Positions 40,579-49,719 of a DNA stretch of 64,000 bases are shown one piece after another (position 1 is the stretch's first letter; each line of letters starts with the position of its first letter). Both the position numbers and the translations under genes were made by a program. The notes beneath the pieces are model-generated. The model had not been told where the DNA came from. It did not search any database and saw only the letters and a list, made by a program, of their open reading frames with translations. Source of the DNA: a virus; IMG/VR virus record IMGVR_UViG_3300020048_003770, positions 1-64,000 of that record, one strand, 5' to 3'.

Positions 40579-41118
40579 ATGATAAATAATAGAAATGAGT
40601 TTGGTATCTTTGTTAAAGATAATTTATTAAATAATAACATTGTTGAGGTGGGCGTTAATAATGGGAATTTTTCTAAAGTTTTGATTGATAGTTCAAATGC
40701 ACAAAATATTTATCTTGTTGATCCATGGAAAGAGGATTCCCCTGATTCAATTGATATCGATAAATATGGAACCAAAGATGATCAGGACGGGAGATATAAT
40801 ATGGTTTTAGAACGGTTTAAAAACAATTTAAATGTGAAATTGGTAAGAAAGGAATCCTTAGAAGCTGCCAAGGCGTTTGAAGACGGATATTTTGCCTTCA
40901 TATATATTGATGCATTACACGAATATAAACATGTTAAAGATGATTTAAATGCATGGTATCCTAAATTAAAGGAAGGTGGTTTATTTGCCGGTCACGACTA
41001 TAAAAGGTCAAGATCAAAACGAGGACTATGTGTTGCAGTTGATGAATTTGCTGAATTAAACAATAAGATTATTATGACTACATGCGAAAGATGTCCGTCA
41101 TGGTATTTTTTTAAATAG
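40579..41118 (+). CDS. Methyltransf_24-type methyltransferase (paralog of 39253)
   Basis: EVGV, VDPW, YIDALH.Y, GHDY. Confidence 0.85.
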   Translation: MINNRNEFGIFVKDNLLNNNIVEVGVNNGNFSKVLIDSSNAQNIYLVDPWKEDSPDSIDIDKYGTKDDQDGRYNMVLERFKNNLNVKLVRKESLEAAKAFEDGYFAFIYIDALHEYKHVKDDLNAWYPKLKEGGLFAGHDYKRSRSKRGLCVAVDEFAELNNKIIMTTCERCPSWYFFK

Positions 41119-41140
41119 ACTATCGTTCATTTGTATTGTT

Positions 41141-42013
41141 ATGATTAAGATAAAATATCACGGAAGATTAGGAAACCATTTGTTGCAATTCTGTTTTGCA
41201 AAAATATTGAGTTTGGAATTAAATCAATATCTTCCTTCTTATAAGATTGATTTCTTCCCATATACTGATAATGAATTCAATCTAGAATATAAACGACAAT
41301 GGGAGACGCCGTATCTGATTTTGAGAGGGCGAAACCTTTTTTCGATAGATAAAATAAAAAAACAAATGGAATCTATAGGGGCTGACAGTATATTATTGAG
41401 GGACTCTTGTGCTAATTATGGAAATTTTGTCAATTATAAAGACCAAATAAAAAACAGTTGGCTTAATATTAATCAGCCATATGATAAAAATAACCTCAGC
41501 AATAAACCGAAATTATTTATTAAAAAAAATGGCGTTATGGAGCCATGTGCGGTTAATGAAATTTGTGATGAAGATATAATAGTTAACGTTCGGCTTGGAG
41601 ACATTGAAAGTAAATATACAGACCGATTGCTTACTATAGATTATTTTAAAATTATTTTGGACAATATTAGGTATAATAAATTGTTCATTGCAGCGGAAGA
41701 TATGAATAGTAAATTGCTGTTGCCTTTTGAAAAATATAATCCGATTTATTTTATTCAAGACCATTATATGGATACTTTTAATTTTGCTCGTTTGTTTAAT
41801 CGTATTATCATTTCTCAAAGTAGTTATTGCTGGTGGATTGCATATTTATCTGATGCAAAAGAAATATATTATCCCGTTGTTCAAAATGGACCTTGGGTTG
41901 TTCCTTCTGTTGTCAATGAGGATTTAAGGGTTGATGAGGATAGATACATATATGTTAGTCAAAAAAACGAAAAAATATTAGGGCGATATTGTGAAATAAA
42001 AAAATGGGAATAA
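41141..42013 (+). CDS. GT11 alpha-1,2-fucosyltransferase-like protein
   Basis: GRLGN.L.Q, VRLGD, SSYCWW.AYL. Confidence 0.78.
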   Translation: MIKIKYHGRLGNHLLQFCFAKILSLELNQYLPSYKIDFFPYTDNEFNLEYKRQWETPYLILRGRNLFSIDKIKKQMESIGADSILLRDSCANYGNFVNYKDQIKNSWLNINQPYDKNNLSNKPKLFIKKNGVMEPCAVNEICDEDIIVNVRLGDIESKYTDRLLTIDYFKIILDNIRYNKLFIAAEDMNSKLLLPFEKYNPIYFIQDHYMDTFNFARLFNRIIISQSSYCWWIAYLSDAKEIYYPVVQNGPWVVPSVVNEDLRVDEDRYIYVSQKNEKILGRYCEIKKWE

Positions 42014-42045
42014 ATTTTGTATTGTAAAATTGAAGGAGTTTTAAC

Positions 42046-42714
42046 ATGGGCAATTTAAGAACTGTAGAAAAAAAAGATTCTAATTTTCGTAGAGTCAGAC
42101 GTTGTAAAGAAGGAAAGACTCCGAAACAAAATATATACGAGGCTATGGCGTTGCATTCAAAGAGTCGTTATCTTTTTGGATATCGTATAGAGCAAAATAT
42201 GCCTTCTATATGGGTTCTAGATCATTTGCTATCCTCTTATCGCCCAACTCTAATCGTAGAATTAGGAACTGGTATGGGAACATTATGTACTTATTTTTCT
42301 GTTTATGGAATGTTTTCTGATTTTAACGTTGAAGTCATATCTTTAGACTTAATTAAACCAGTCCTGCATGAAAAAATATGCGATATAAATAACAATAGGA
42401 CTTCTATATTAGATTGGGATATTTATGAGAAGGATACGATTGATTATCTTACTAAAAAAATAAATGAAGCAGAAAGACCATTTCTGCTTTCTGACGGTAA
42501 AGACCCAAAGAGTGATGAAGTTAATGTTTATTCTAAGAATTTAAGATCTGGCGTTCCGATTTTTGCCCATGATGCTATTTTAGATGGGAAACCAAAATTC
42601 AGGTGGGGATATACTGAAGATAAAATCGATTGGAATTACGTAAAGAGATACGAACCTTATTATTCTTGGTCTAAAGAAGGCGATACAAGAATGATGTGCA
42701 TGATGACGGTGTAA
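42046..42714 (+). CDS. CmcI-like methyltransferase
   Basis: IVELGTGMG, DG, HD. Confidence 0.6.
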   Translation: MGNLRTVEKKDSNFRRVRRCKEGKTPKQNIYEAMALHSKSRYLFGYRIEQNMPSIWVLDHLLSSYRPTLIVELGTGMGTLCTYFSVYGMFSDFNVEVISLDLIKPVLHEKICDINNNRTSILDWDIYEKDTIDYLTKKINEAERPFLLSDGKDPKSDEVNVYSKNLRSGVPIFAHDAILDGKPKFRWGYTEDKIDWNYVKRYEPYYSWSKEGDTRMMCMMTV

Positions 42715-42715
42715 T

Positions 42716-43429
42716 ATGGAATTAGAAATTTGTATACATTGTGTCGCTTACCAAAGACGGTTATGTTGGATGTTGAGTTCTATACTCCAACAAAAAGGAG
42801 ATTTGCCCAATATAGTTATCAATTTATCATACGCGAAAGACGAAGGTAATCCGAAAACCATAGATGTAATTGATTATTTCACTAATAAAGGATTGAATAT
42901 AATTCCTCTGGAGATGGAAGAAGAACCGGCGAAAAATAGAGCTATTGCGAGAAACATACAAACCAAAAACGCACACGCCGATTGGATTCTATTTGCCGAT
43001 TGCGATCATGTTTATGACCCGTATTTTTTCGAAGATATATATAGACAACTTTTAACCGACAAATTCAAGAACGAAACAAAAGTTATTGGAGCGGATAGAC
43101 ACTCTTTGGATATACCTTTTTGCGTTGATTATTTTGACAATGATACAAGAGTTTATCCATGTGAAATACCAGATGTTGCTAATTTAGTGTCTACTTGGCC
43201 GGTTATGTATGTCAATGGAAAGAAGATTGCTGCTGGTAATTTCCAATTGGCGAATGTAAAATCTATAAAAGAAAAAGGTGGCATTTATTCTGGGAGGCAA
43301 AGAGATGGCGGACGAAGATTTAAATCAGATAGACAATTTAGAAATCATATGGGCGGGAAAGTTCCAATGGATGTTAGACCGCAGTACCATTTAAACCACA
43401 ATAGAGACCTTATAGATATAAAACGATGA
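42716..43429 (+). CDS. GT2-family glycosyltransferase
   Basis: RAIARN, FADCD, GNFQL, HLNH. Confidence 0.75.
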   Translation: MELEICIHCVAYQRRLCWMLSSILQQKGDLPNIVINLSYAKDEGNPKTIDVIDYFTNKGLNIIPLEMEEEPAKNRAIARNIQTKNAHADWILFADCDHVYDPYFFEDIYRQLLTDKFKNETKVIGADRHSLDIPFCVDYFDNDTRVYPCEIPDVANLVSTWPVMYVNGKKIAAGNFQLANVKSIKEKGGIYSGRQRDGGRRFKSDRQFRNHMGGKVPMDVRPQYHLNHNRDLIDIKR

Positions 43430-43497
43430 TTTTTTATTGTATAATATTCCTGTGATTAATCATATCGTTTGATTATATTTGAAAACAGGAGAAAAAA

Positions 43498-44568
43498 GTG
43501 AGAAGAAGAAGTTTGAATAAAGACGTAAATGATATAAAGAGATTTGATTCGGCAAGGGACAAGAATATGGGGATTTCAATATCTAATGAATTTTATCAAC
43601 AAGTCCCGATGTTCTTTACAAGAGAAAAATCCCCACTCAATCTAGTCGGACATTATAGAGGTGGTTCTATATTTATAATCGGCAATGGTCCTAGTCTAGC
43701 CAGTGGAAAATACGATCTCTCATTGCTAAAGAGACCCGGTGTAATGACCTATGGAATGAATAATGGGGCTAAAACCATCAGACCTAATTTCTGGTCGTGT
43801 GTCGATGATCCTAAAAGGTTCCTTAAATCAATATGGACAGACCCATGCATCACTAAATTCGTGCCTCACGCTCATGCAGAAAAAAGACTGTTCGATAATG
43901 AAAAATGGCAAGATATGGACTTGGTGGTTGGACAATGCCCTAACGTTATATATTTCCACCGTAATGAAAAATTTATGGCAAACAGATTCTTATTTGAAGA
44001 TACTATCAATTGGGGAAATAGCAAAGAGAATGGTGGTGGAAGATCCGTTATGCTACCTATTTTAAGAATTTGTTTTCTACTTGGATTCAGAAAAATTTAT
44101 TTGCTAGGTGTTGATTTTAAGATGAGTGCCGACTATACATACCATTTTGATGAACAAAGAGCTAATGGTGCGGTTAAAGGCAATATGAATACATATGACC
44201 GTTTAAACAATGAATATCTTCCTTCTTTAAAGCCTTATCTGGAAGCCGAAGGAGTTTCTGTTTTCAATTGTAATCCGGAAAGCCAACTTGATAAGTTTGA
44301 ATATGTGTCTTATGAACAAGCAATAAACGACGCTACTGCTTTATTGGGAGATGTTAAAAACGAAAGAACATGGGGATTGTATTCTAAGCCTGAAGAAAGA
44401 GTCAAGTGGAAGGACGAGCCTAGTGTTGAAGCTAAAACTCATTTGAACGCTATAAAGATAAATACGTCAGAAATTTCAACGTATGTTAATCCAGTTAGTT
44501 CTAATGAATGTTGCACCAATAACAATGCGTCCTTCAAACCAATAACTATTGAAGATGATGGAAATTAA
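43498..44568 (+). CDS. Maf/DUF115-like (sialyltransferase-fold) protein
   Basis: IIGNGPSL, LGFRKIYLLGVD. Confidence 0.75.
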   Translation: MRRRSLNKDVNDIKRFDSARDKNMGISISNEFYQQVPMFFTREKSPLNLVGHYRGGSIFIIGNGPSLASGKYDLSLLKRPGVMTYGMNNGAKTIRPNFWSCVDDPKRFLKSIWTDPCITKFVPHAHAEKRLFDNEKWQDMDLVVGQCPNVIYFHRNEKFMANRFLFEDTINWGNSKENGGGRSVMLPILRICFLLGFRKIYLLGVDFKMSADYTYHFDEQRANGAVKGNMNTYDRLNNEYLPSLKPYLEAEGVSVFNCNPESQLDKFEYVSYEQAINDATALLGDVKNERTWGLYSKPEERVKWKDEPSVEAKTHLNAIKINTSEISTYVNPVSSNECCTNNNASFKPITIEDDGN

Positions 44569-45485
44569 TGAAATATAAACTAAAAATAAATGGTCGTCAA
44601 ATTAATAAAAACGGCGGAATATTGGGTATGAGTTATCTTTTGACTTGCTTGAATGAAAGCCCGTTGTTTGAAATTGAATATCATCGAGAGTTTATTGATT
44701 CCAACAGAGGGAATGCAGGCTCCGTAATATACTTTGAAGATAAGAAAATATATTTGGATTTATGGGAATATGCGACTCCATCTCATACCGATATAGTATA
44801 TAACTCCAATTTCGATCTAATAATTAAAGCTCAACACAAAAAAATGTCACTTCAGGCGTATAGTCGATATTGTGACCGTAAAAAATTAATGTCAATAGAC
44901 CCAAGTTTAAGAGGACAGTGGCTTGAAAAATTTGTTCCTTGGACTTTTTTCCCAAGCAAAATGATGGATAGACTTAATGTTGAACGAATAATGACAGAAC
45001 CAAATAAATATCCTATTGAAAGAGATTGTTTTTTTTGCGGAAGGCATTGGAAAGGAAGACTTAAAATAATTGATTCGTTAAAAAAACAGGGGATAGAGTG
45101 TGAAGCAAGCGATCAATCAGGGGAGGTAGGCTTTAAAATTAGCGATGAGGAATTTCTCCATAAAATGCAAACAAGTCGATATGGACTCGTATTGGCAGGA
45201 AGAGCAACCCCGATAACCGATCCTAAGAACAGAAGAGAGATTGATTATCTTATGTTAGGGAAGCCATTACTAATAAATTACAAACCATTTTATTACAACG
45301 AATTTGAAGCGGGGAAGCATTATATATACATAGATGAAAATACTGATATAAAATCATTGGATAAAATGTATAATATAGATGAGATAGCAAAGAATGGGTA
45401 TGAATGGTATTTGCAAAACGCAACGCCAGAAGCAATCCCAAAAACGTTTGTTCAAATAATGCAAGAAAAACTAATAAAGGAGTAA
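44568..45485 (+). CDS. GT-B (CgeB-like) glycosyltransferase
   Basis: FFCG, RREID, GKHYI, IAKNGYEWY. Confidence 0.65.
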   Translation: MKYKLKINGRQINKNGGILGMSYLLTCLNESPLFEIEYHREFIDSNRGNAGSVIYFEDKKIYLDLWEYATPSHTDIVYNSNFDLIIKAQHKKMSLQAYSRYCDRKKLMSIDPSLRGQWLEKFVPWTFFPSKMMDRLNVERIMTEPNKYPIERDCFFCGRHWKGRLKIIDSLKKQGIECEASDQSGEVGFKISDEEFLHKMQTSRYGLVLAGRATPITDPKNRREIDYLMLGKPLLINYKPFYYNEFEAGKHYIYIDENTDIKSLDKMYNIDEIAKNGYEWYLQNATPEAIPKTFVQIMQEKLIKE

Positions 45486-46040
45486 GCTATGAATGAATTA
45501 AAAGAGTGCCAATGTAATTGTAATGAAAACCCATGTTCATGCGATTCTCGCGATCCAGAATACCTTGAACTCCAAAACAAGTATTTAAGAAATTCAGAAG
45601 ATGAAAGAAAAATTCGCAATAAAACAAATCGAATTGAACAGGCAAGATCGAATTTATATGCTTTGTTGGGATTTGTCGGCATTAATGTTGCGTCGGAAAT
45701 GGTTATTGAGTCTATTGAAAAAAACATTAAAATTATGGACGAGGTTGAAAAACTATGAGACCATCCGACATATACAGCCAGCAAATATTGTTTGAAGAGT
45801 GTAATGAGCGCCAAAATGGAGATAGATAACGCCCCGGCTGACCGGGCGGCGGTAGCCGATACGGTCAAGCCGGTTGTTCGCCGGGACTGGTATCCATCTG
45901 GAACGATGGAACAAGCCTTGTCGCTTGAAGATCCCCCCGAGTTCCACGAAGGCGATACGGCGAACTGGATATGTCCCGCAACACCAGAAGCAATCCCAAA
46001 AAAGTTTGTTCAAATAATGCAAGAAAAACTAACATAGGAG
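45420..46040 (+). repeat. About 60-bp direct repeat (45420-45482 and 45978-46040) flanking an inserted segment
   Basis: GCAACGCCAGAAGCAATCCCAAAAACGTTTGTTCAAATAATGCAAGAAAAACTAA repeated with 2 mismatches. Confidence 0.9.
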
Positions 46041-46046
46041 ATAAAA

Positions 46047-46519
46047 ATGATTATTAAATTCATTCCAGAAACAGCATCGGAAAAGAAAGATTTTGAAAAT
46101 AGAGGTATTGACGATGTCACTCATTATGGCGTTAAAGAGTACATGATATTCGGAAATAAAATGGACGATGACGGTGGAATTGAGGACTTCCATGAATGGC
46201 ATGGGGGCATGGGGCTTATAAATTTTTGTTGGGAAGTCTTAAGTGTTTTTATGAAGTAATTAATGATAATCGTCGCGGACAACAAAACTCATCTCCCCTT
46301 CGAGTAGTTGATAACAAAACGGCAAAAAGTAAAGTTGCTCCTAATATGACGCCTATGATTAAACGTGGTGAGATAGCTCCTAATATTACTCCTCTTAATA
46401 TTGTTGATTTTGCTGGAGCTAAAGCAGAGAATGATGATGGCGATGAAGGTGTCCTCTCGCACCAGCCGCTAACACTTGCCGACTTTGCCGAACGAGATAT
46501 TAACGACGAAACTTGTTGA
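46047..46519 (+). pseudogene. Hypothetical gene split by 8-nt tandem duplication
   Basis: GGCATGGG x2 at 46198-46213; removing one copy fuses the two ORFs. Confidence 0.7.
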
Positions 46520-46609
46520 AAAATAGTTCTTGATTTTTAAAATATTTCTGTTACAATTGGAAAATAAATAAAGGAATATTTAACAGAAATATAGAAACTA
46601 GATTGGAAC

Positions 46610-46702
46610 ATGAATATGAACAAGCAAATAATAGGTATAGGAATAGCGGGAGCCTGCGGCGGAGCTGCAAGGCTACGGACTTTCTATGTCTGTTTATGCT
46701 AA
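46610..46702 (+). CDS. Ile(ATA)/Gly/Ala-rich attenuator leader peptide MNMNKQIIGIGIAGACGGAARLRTFYVCLC
   Basis: Codons 7-20 are I,G,A except one C; all four Ile are ATA; downstream tRNA-Ala, -Gly and a TAT-anticodon RNA. Confidence 0.87.
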   Translation: MNMNKQIIGIGIAGACGGAARLRTFYVCLC

Positions 46703-46724
46703 ATGATATAACAGATTAAAAAAT

Positions 46725-46760
46725 AGAGAGTCCGATAAACTAATGGTTTGTCGGACTTTT
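46725..46760 (+). terminator. Attenuator terminator 4
   Basis: AGAGTCCGATAAAC/GTTTGTCGGACTTT; 5' arm pairs alternatively with CGGACTTTCTAT 46676-46687. Confidence 0.85.
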
Positions 46761-46970
46761 GCTTTATAAGGAGAAAATGGGTAGGAAAAAGAGTCAAAAA
46801 AGGAAAAACACGAATGTCGTAAAGAACGAAATGGTTTTTCTTAGGTGCTTTGAATTGCTGGGAGCATAAACGGTTCTGTCTTCTCTAAAACAAAGGCGGA
46901 ACCGAATGAAACAGGAAGGAAACAATTTTATGAATATCAAACGCAAGGACTGTATAAATGTGAAAGATGG

Positions 46971-47213
46971 ATGTCTGGTAAACTCGATCCGTACTTTTTT
47001 GTTCTTAAACATGGTAAACATCAATTTGATTTAATAACTAGCGAATATGAGCAGAGATACGAAAACGGTTTGGATTGGGATGGATTATATCAGCTATGGA
47101 TGGATTGGAAAGGAGATAGATGGTTGTTGAGGCACGTTTTGAAATGGATGAAAAATTTGCCAGATTGGATAGATAAGGAAAGTGAAGAAATAGATTTGAA
47201 TATGGGGGCGTAG
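46971..47213 (+). CDS. hypothetical protein
   Basis: 80-aa ORF ending inside tRNA-Ala 5' end. Confidence 0.5.
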   Translation: MSGKLDPYFFVLKHGKHQFDLITSEYEQRYENGLDWDGLYQLWMDWKGDRWLLRHVLKWMKNLPDWIDKESEEIDLNMGA

Positions 47214-47277
47214 CTTAGTTGGCTAAAGCGTCTGATTTGCATTCAGAAGATCGTCGGTTCGACCCCGGTCGCCTCCA
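47204..47277 (+). tRNA. tRNA-Ala(TGC)
   Basis: GGGGGCG/CGCCTCC with G3:U70, arm TCTGA-TTTGCAT-TCAGA. Confidence 0.92.
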
Positions 47278-47371
47278 AGTTGACAAGCAGATTACTTCCA
47301 CGTAGTGTCAACTGGTAACTAAGAAATTAGGCTAAAATCTGCAAGTAACAAAAGAGAATAGAAAGGATAAT

Positions 47372-47620
47372 ATGAAGAAAGTTAATACATGTTTAACGGT
47401 ATATGATATGTTGGGACAGGCGTTGAACCATGAATGCAGCGGATCTAAAAGGTTTTCGCCTGATAATACCAAAGAGGATGTCGGAATAAAATGTCTGGAA
47501 TGTGACGACTCATTCAAGATATCCATTCGTAGACTGCGTAATACTATGAGAGATCCAAGATTGACTGAATTAGTTAAACAATATAAATACATGGATTTGT
47601 TGAAGAAGTTTGTTATTTAA
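47372..47620 (+). CDS. hypothetical protein
   Basis: RBS, CLEC. Confidence 0.5.
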   Translation: MKKVNTCLTVYDMLGQALNHECSGSKRFSPDNTKEDVGIKCLECDDSFKISIRRLRNTMRDPRLTELVKQYKYMDLLKKFVI

Positions 47621-47626
47621 AAATAT

Positions 47627-47701
47627 GCATCTTAGGTGTTTATGGACACACGCTAGGCTTCCAACCTTGAGTAATGGGATCGTTACCCATAAGATGCTCC
47701 A
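47627..47701 (+). tRNA. tRNA-Gly(TCC)
   Basis: GCATCTT/AAGATGC-T-CCA, loop CTTCCAA. Confidence 0.85.
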
Positions 47702-47937
47702 ATTTTAAATTAAGGATATTATGTTTAAATCATATAAGATCTTAAAAGAATGCAAATTAGAAGAGTCTAATTTGATTCAAATGTTGCGTGAAAATAAAGA
47801 AGGATTGACTATAGATAGGATTATGTTAATGGGTTTTGACAAATGGAACTCGCTTAACAAATTATTGGCTATGCAGAAGGTTAAAGGGATTAAACAAAAA
47901 AATGATCCTTTTGTTAAAGAGACTGTTATCGTTTCAT

Positions 47938-48022
47938 GCGGGAGTAACTCACCAATCTTATGAATTGGGCAGTATAATTAGAGTAATGGTGCATGTTGGT
48001 TCAAGTCCAATCTCCCGTACCA
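47938..48022 (+). tRNA. Non-canonical tRNA-Ile(TAT), anticodon hairpin nested in D arm
   Basis: GCGGGAG/CTCCCGT-A-CCA, T arm GTTGG-TTCAAGT-CCAAT, hairpin CCAAT-CTTATGA-ATTGG inside ACTC/GAGT. Confidence 0.7.
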
Positions 48023-48094
48023 ATTTTATTCAGAAATTCTATTTGTATTTTGTATAATAGAAATGTTGAAATAAAACATAAATTGGAGGTAATA

Positions 48095-48970
48095 ATGAAT
48101 GCAGATAGAACCGTTGAAGCGTTAAAGACTATATTGGATGGTAAAACGCCTGAAGAAATAGACGCTGTTGTCCGTGATTTGAAAGAAACATTAGATCAAG
48201 CTGCGGCAGATATAAAGGGAGAAATGGATATCGATTCTACTGCTGTAGTTAGTGATTTGAAAGATGAAATTAATCAATTAAGCACTATTGAATCTGCTAA
48301 AAACTTCTCTGTTCCTGATTGCGTTATTCCTTCAGAGTCGGATGTCAAAATTAAATCGTGCAATAGAGAGACCGATATGGCTTCCGTAGAAAAACGGTTT
48401 AAGTCTGTTGTAACTTTGGATTCCTCTTTTGTATGCGCTCCAGAGGGTTTGTTTGGAGATAAGTTGGAGTTTACTTGCGCTCCTATCGGAACGAGTTCTT
48501 GCAACAAAGGTGGAGACGCTTTTGAAAATTTAGAAGTTACTGAGTTAAATGAAGAGTTGTTGAGTAAAATTGAACGGGAAAGTTCGAGTGATGAAATACA
48601 ATTATTTACAGAACCGATTCAGCCTTTTGCAACTAGATTATTCAATAAAAAATTATCCAAAGTAGAATCTGAAATATATTCTAAATATAACGTTAAAAAG
48701 AATTTGAAAAAGATAAAAACAAAAGAAAAAATAAACGATATATTAAGGAAATTCCATTTATCTAGACTTTTTTCTTTTTCTACAGATTCTATTGACAAGC
48801 ATGAAAAACCGATTTACGATGCAATACAGGAAGTTATGTTGAAAGTAAACCACTTAGACGATGATTCAATTAATGAAAGATATGAGTTAGTCGCTTCTAA
48901 AATAGACAGTTGTAGACAAGCTGCTATAAGTAATAGAGAAGAACCCATTCTATATGCTCATCCATTATAA
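48095..48970 (+). CDS. hypothetical protein
   Basis: GGAGG RBS before MNADRT. Confidence 0.65.
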   Translation: MNADRTVEALKTILDGKTPEEIDAVVRDLKETLDQAAADIKGEMDIDSTAVVSDLKDEINQLSTIESAKNFSVPDCVIPSESDVKIKSCNRETDMASVEKRFKSVVTLDSSFVCAPEGLFGDKLEFTCAPIGTSSCNKGGDAFENLEVTELNEELLSKIERESSSDEIQLFTEPIQPFATRLFNKKLSKVESEIYSKYNVKKNLKKIKTKEKINDILRKFHLSRLFSFSTDSIDKHEKPIYDAIQEVMLKVNHLDDDSINERYELVASKIDSCRQAAISNREEPILYAHPL

Positions 48971-48973
48971 ATC

Positions 48974-49324
48974 ATGAGAGAACCTTGTTTAGATTGTACG
49001 ATTAAGCATTTGGGACAGGCATACGCTTTACATGGAGAACTTAAGCAAGGATATCCGAAACATCTTTTGGGCGTTATTGGACATTTGGCGGAAGCTTCAG
49101 AAGAATGCATGTCTATGTCAAAAGAATTAGCTGATAAAATACGCCAATATAGATTATTACTATTAGAAAATGCAGTAGATATTGTGTTTAATGAAAAAGA
49201 TATTGATATTCCATATTTTGATTTATTCATGGAAGTCATGCAAATGAAAAAAGAGATCGGTTGCGGCAATTGTTCGAAAGCTTCGGATGATTTCAAAGAG
49301 AGATTGAAAAATAAATTAAAATAG
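48974..49324 (+). CDS. hypothetical protein
   Basis: CLDC..KHL..A, GHL.EA..E. Confidence 0.6.
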   Translation: MREPCLDCTIKHLGQAYALHGELKQGYPKHLLGVIGHLAEASEECMSMSKELADKIRQYRLLLLENAVDIVFNEKDIDIPYFDLFMEVMQMKKEIGCGNCSKASDDFKERLKNKLK

Positions 49325-49397
49325 TTCTTGATTTTTAAATTCTATATTGTATAGTCTAAATATCGTTTAAGAAAAAACAAAGAAATGGAGGTACATT

Positions 49398-49676
49398 ATG
49401 GCAGATGAAATGAATCAGTTGGATATTAATGAAGTTCGTAGAAATGAAGTTATTGTTACATTGGATGGACGTGATATTGCAACGCCTATGGGTTCTCTTG
49501 GGGTATCTATGGAATCAACTCCTAGAGAAATTCTAGATGCTGTTGGCGGTATTATCGAGGAAGCGGAAGGAACTCGCGACGGCTATCAGGATGCTTATGG
49601 CGATTTTACTTACACCGTTCGCAAGGCAATGAATTCAAATACTATTTATGTATATCCTAAGCCTGTTGCTGGATGA
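49398..49676 (+). CDS. Putative ubiquitin-like (beta-grasp) modifier
   Basis: 92 aa ending IYVYPKPVAG with terminal Gly; first gene after promoter; near JAB and E1 genes. Confidence 0.7.
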   Translation: MADEMNQLDINEVRRNEVIVTLDGRDIATPMGSLGVSMESTPREILDAVGGIIEEAEGTRDGYQDAYGDFTYTVRKAMNSNTIYVYPKPVAG

Positions 49677-49719
49677 TTAAATAATTGTATTAAACTAAAA
49701 TAAAGAAAGAAGGCAAACT

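Noticed and set aside
47993-48094. N-terminal extension of ORF 47993..48970
   Set aside because: Overlaps tRNA; strong RBS supports start at 48095.
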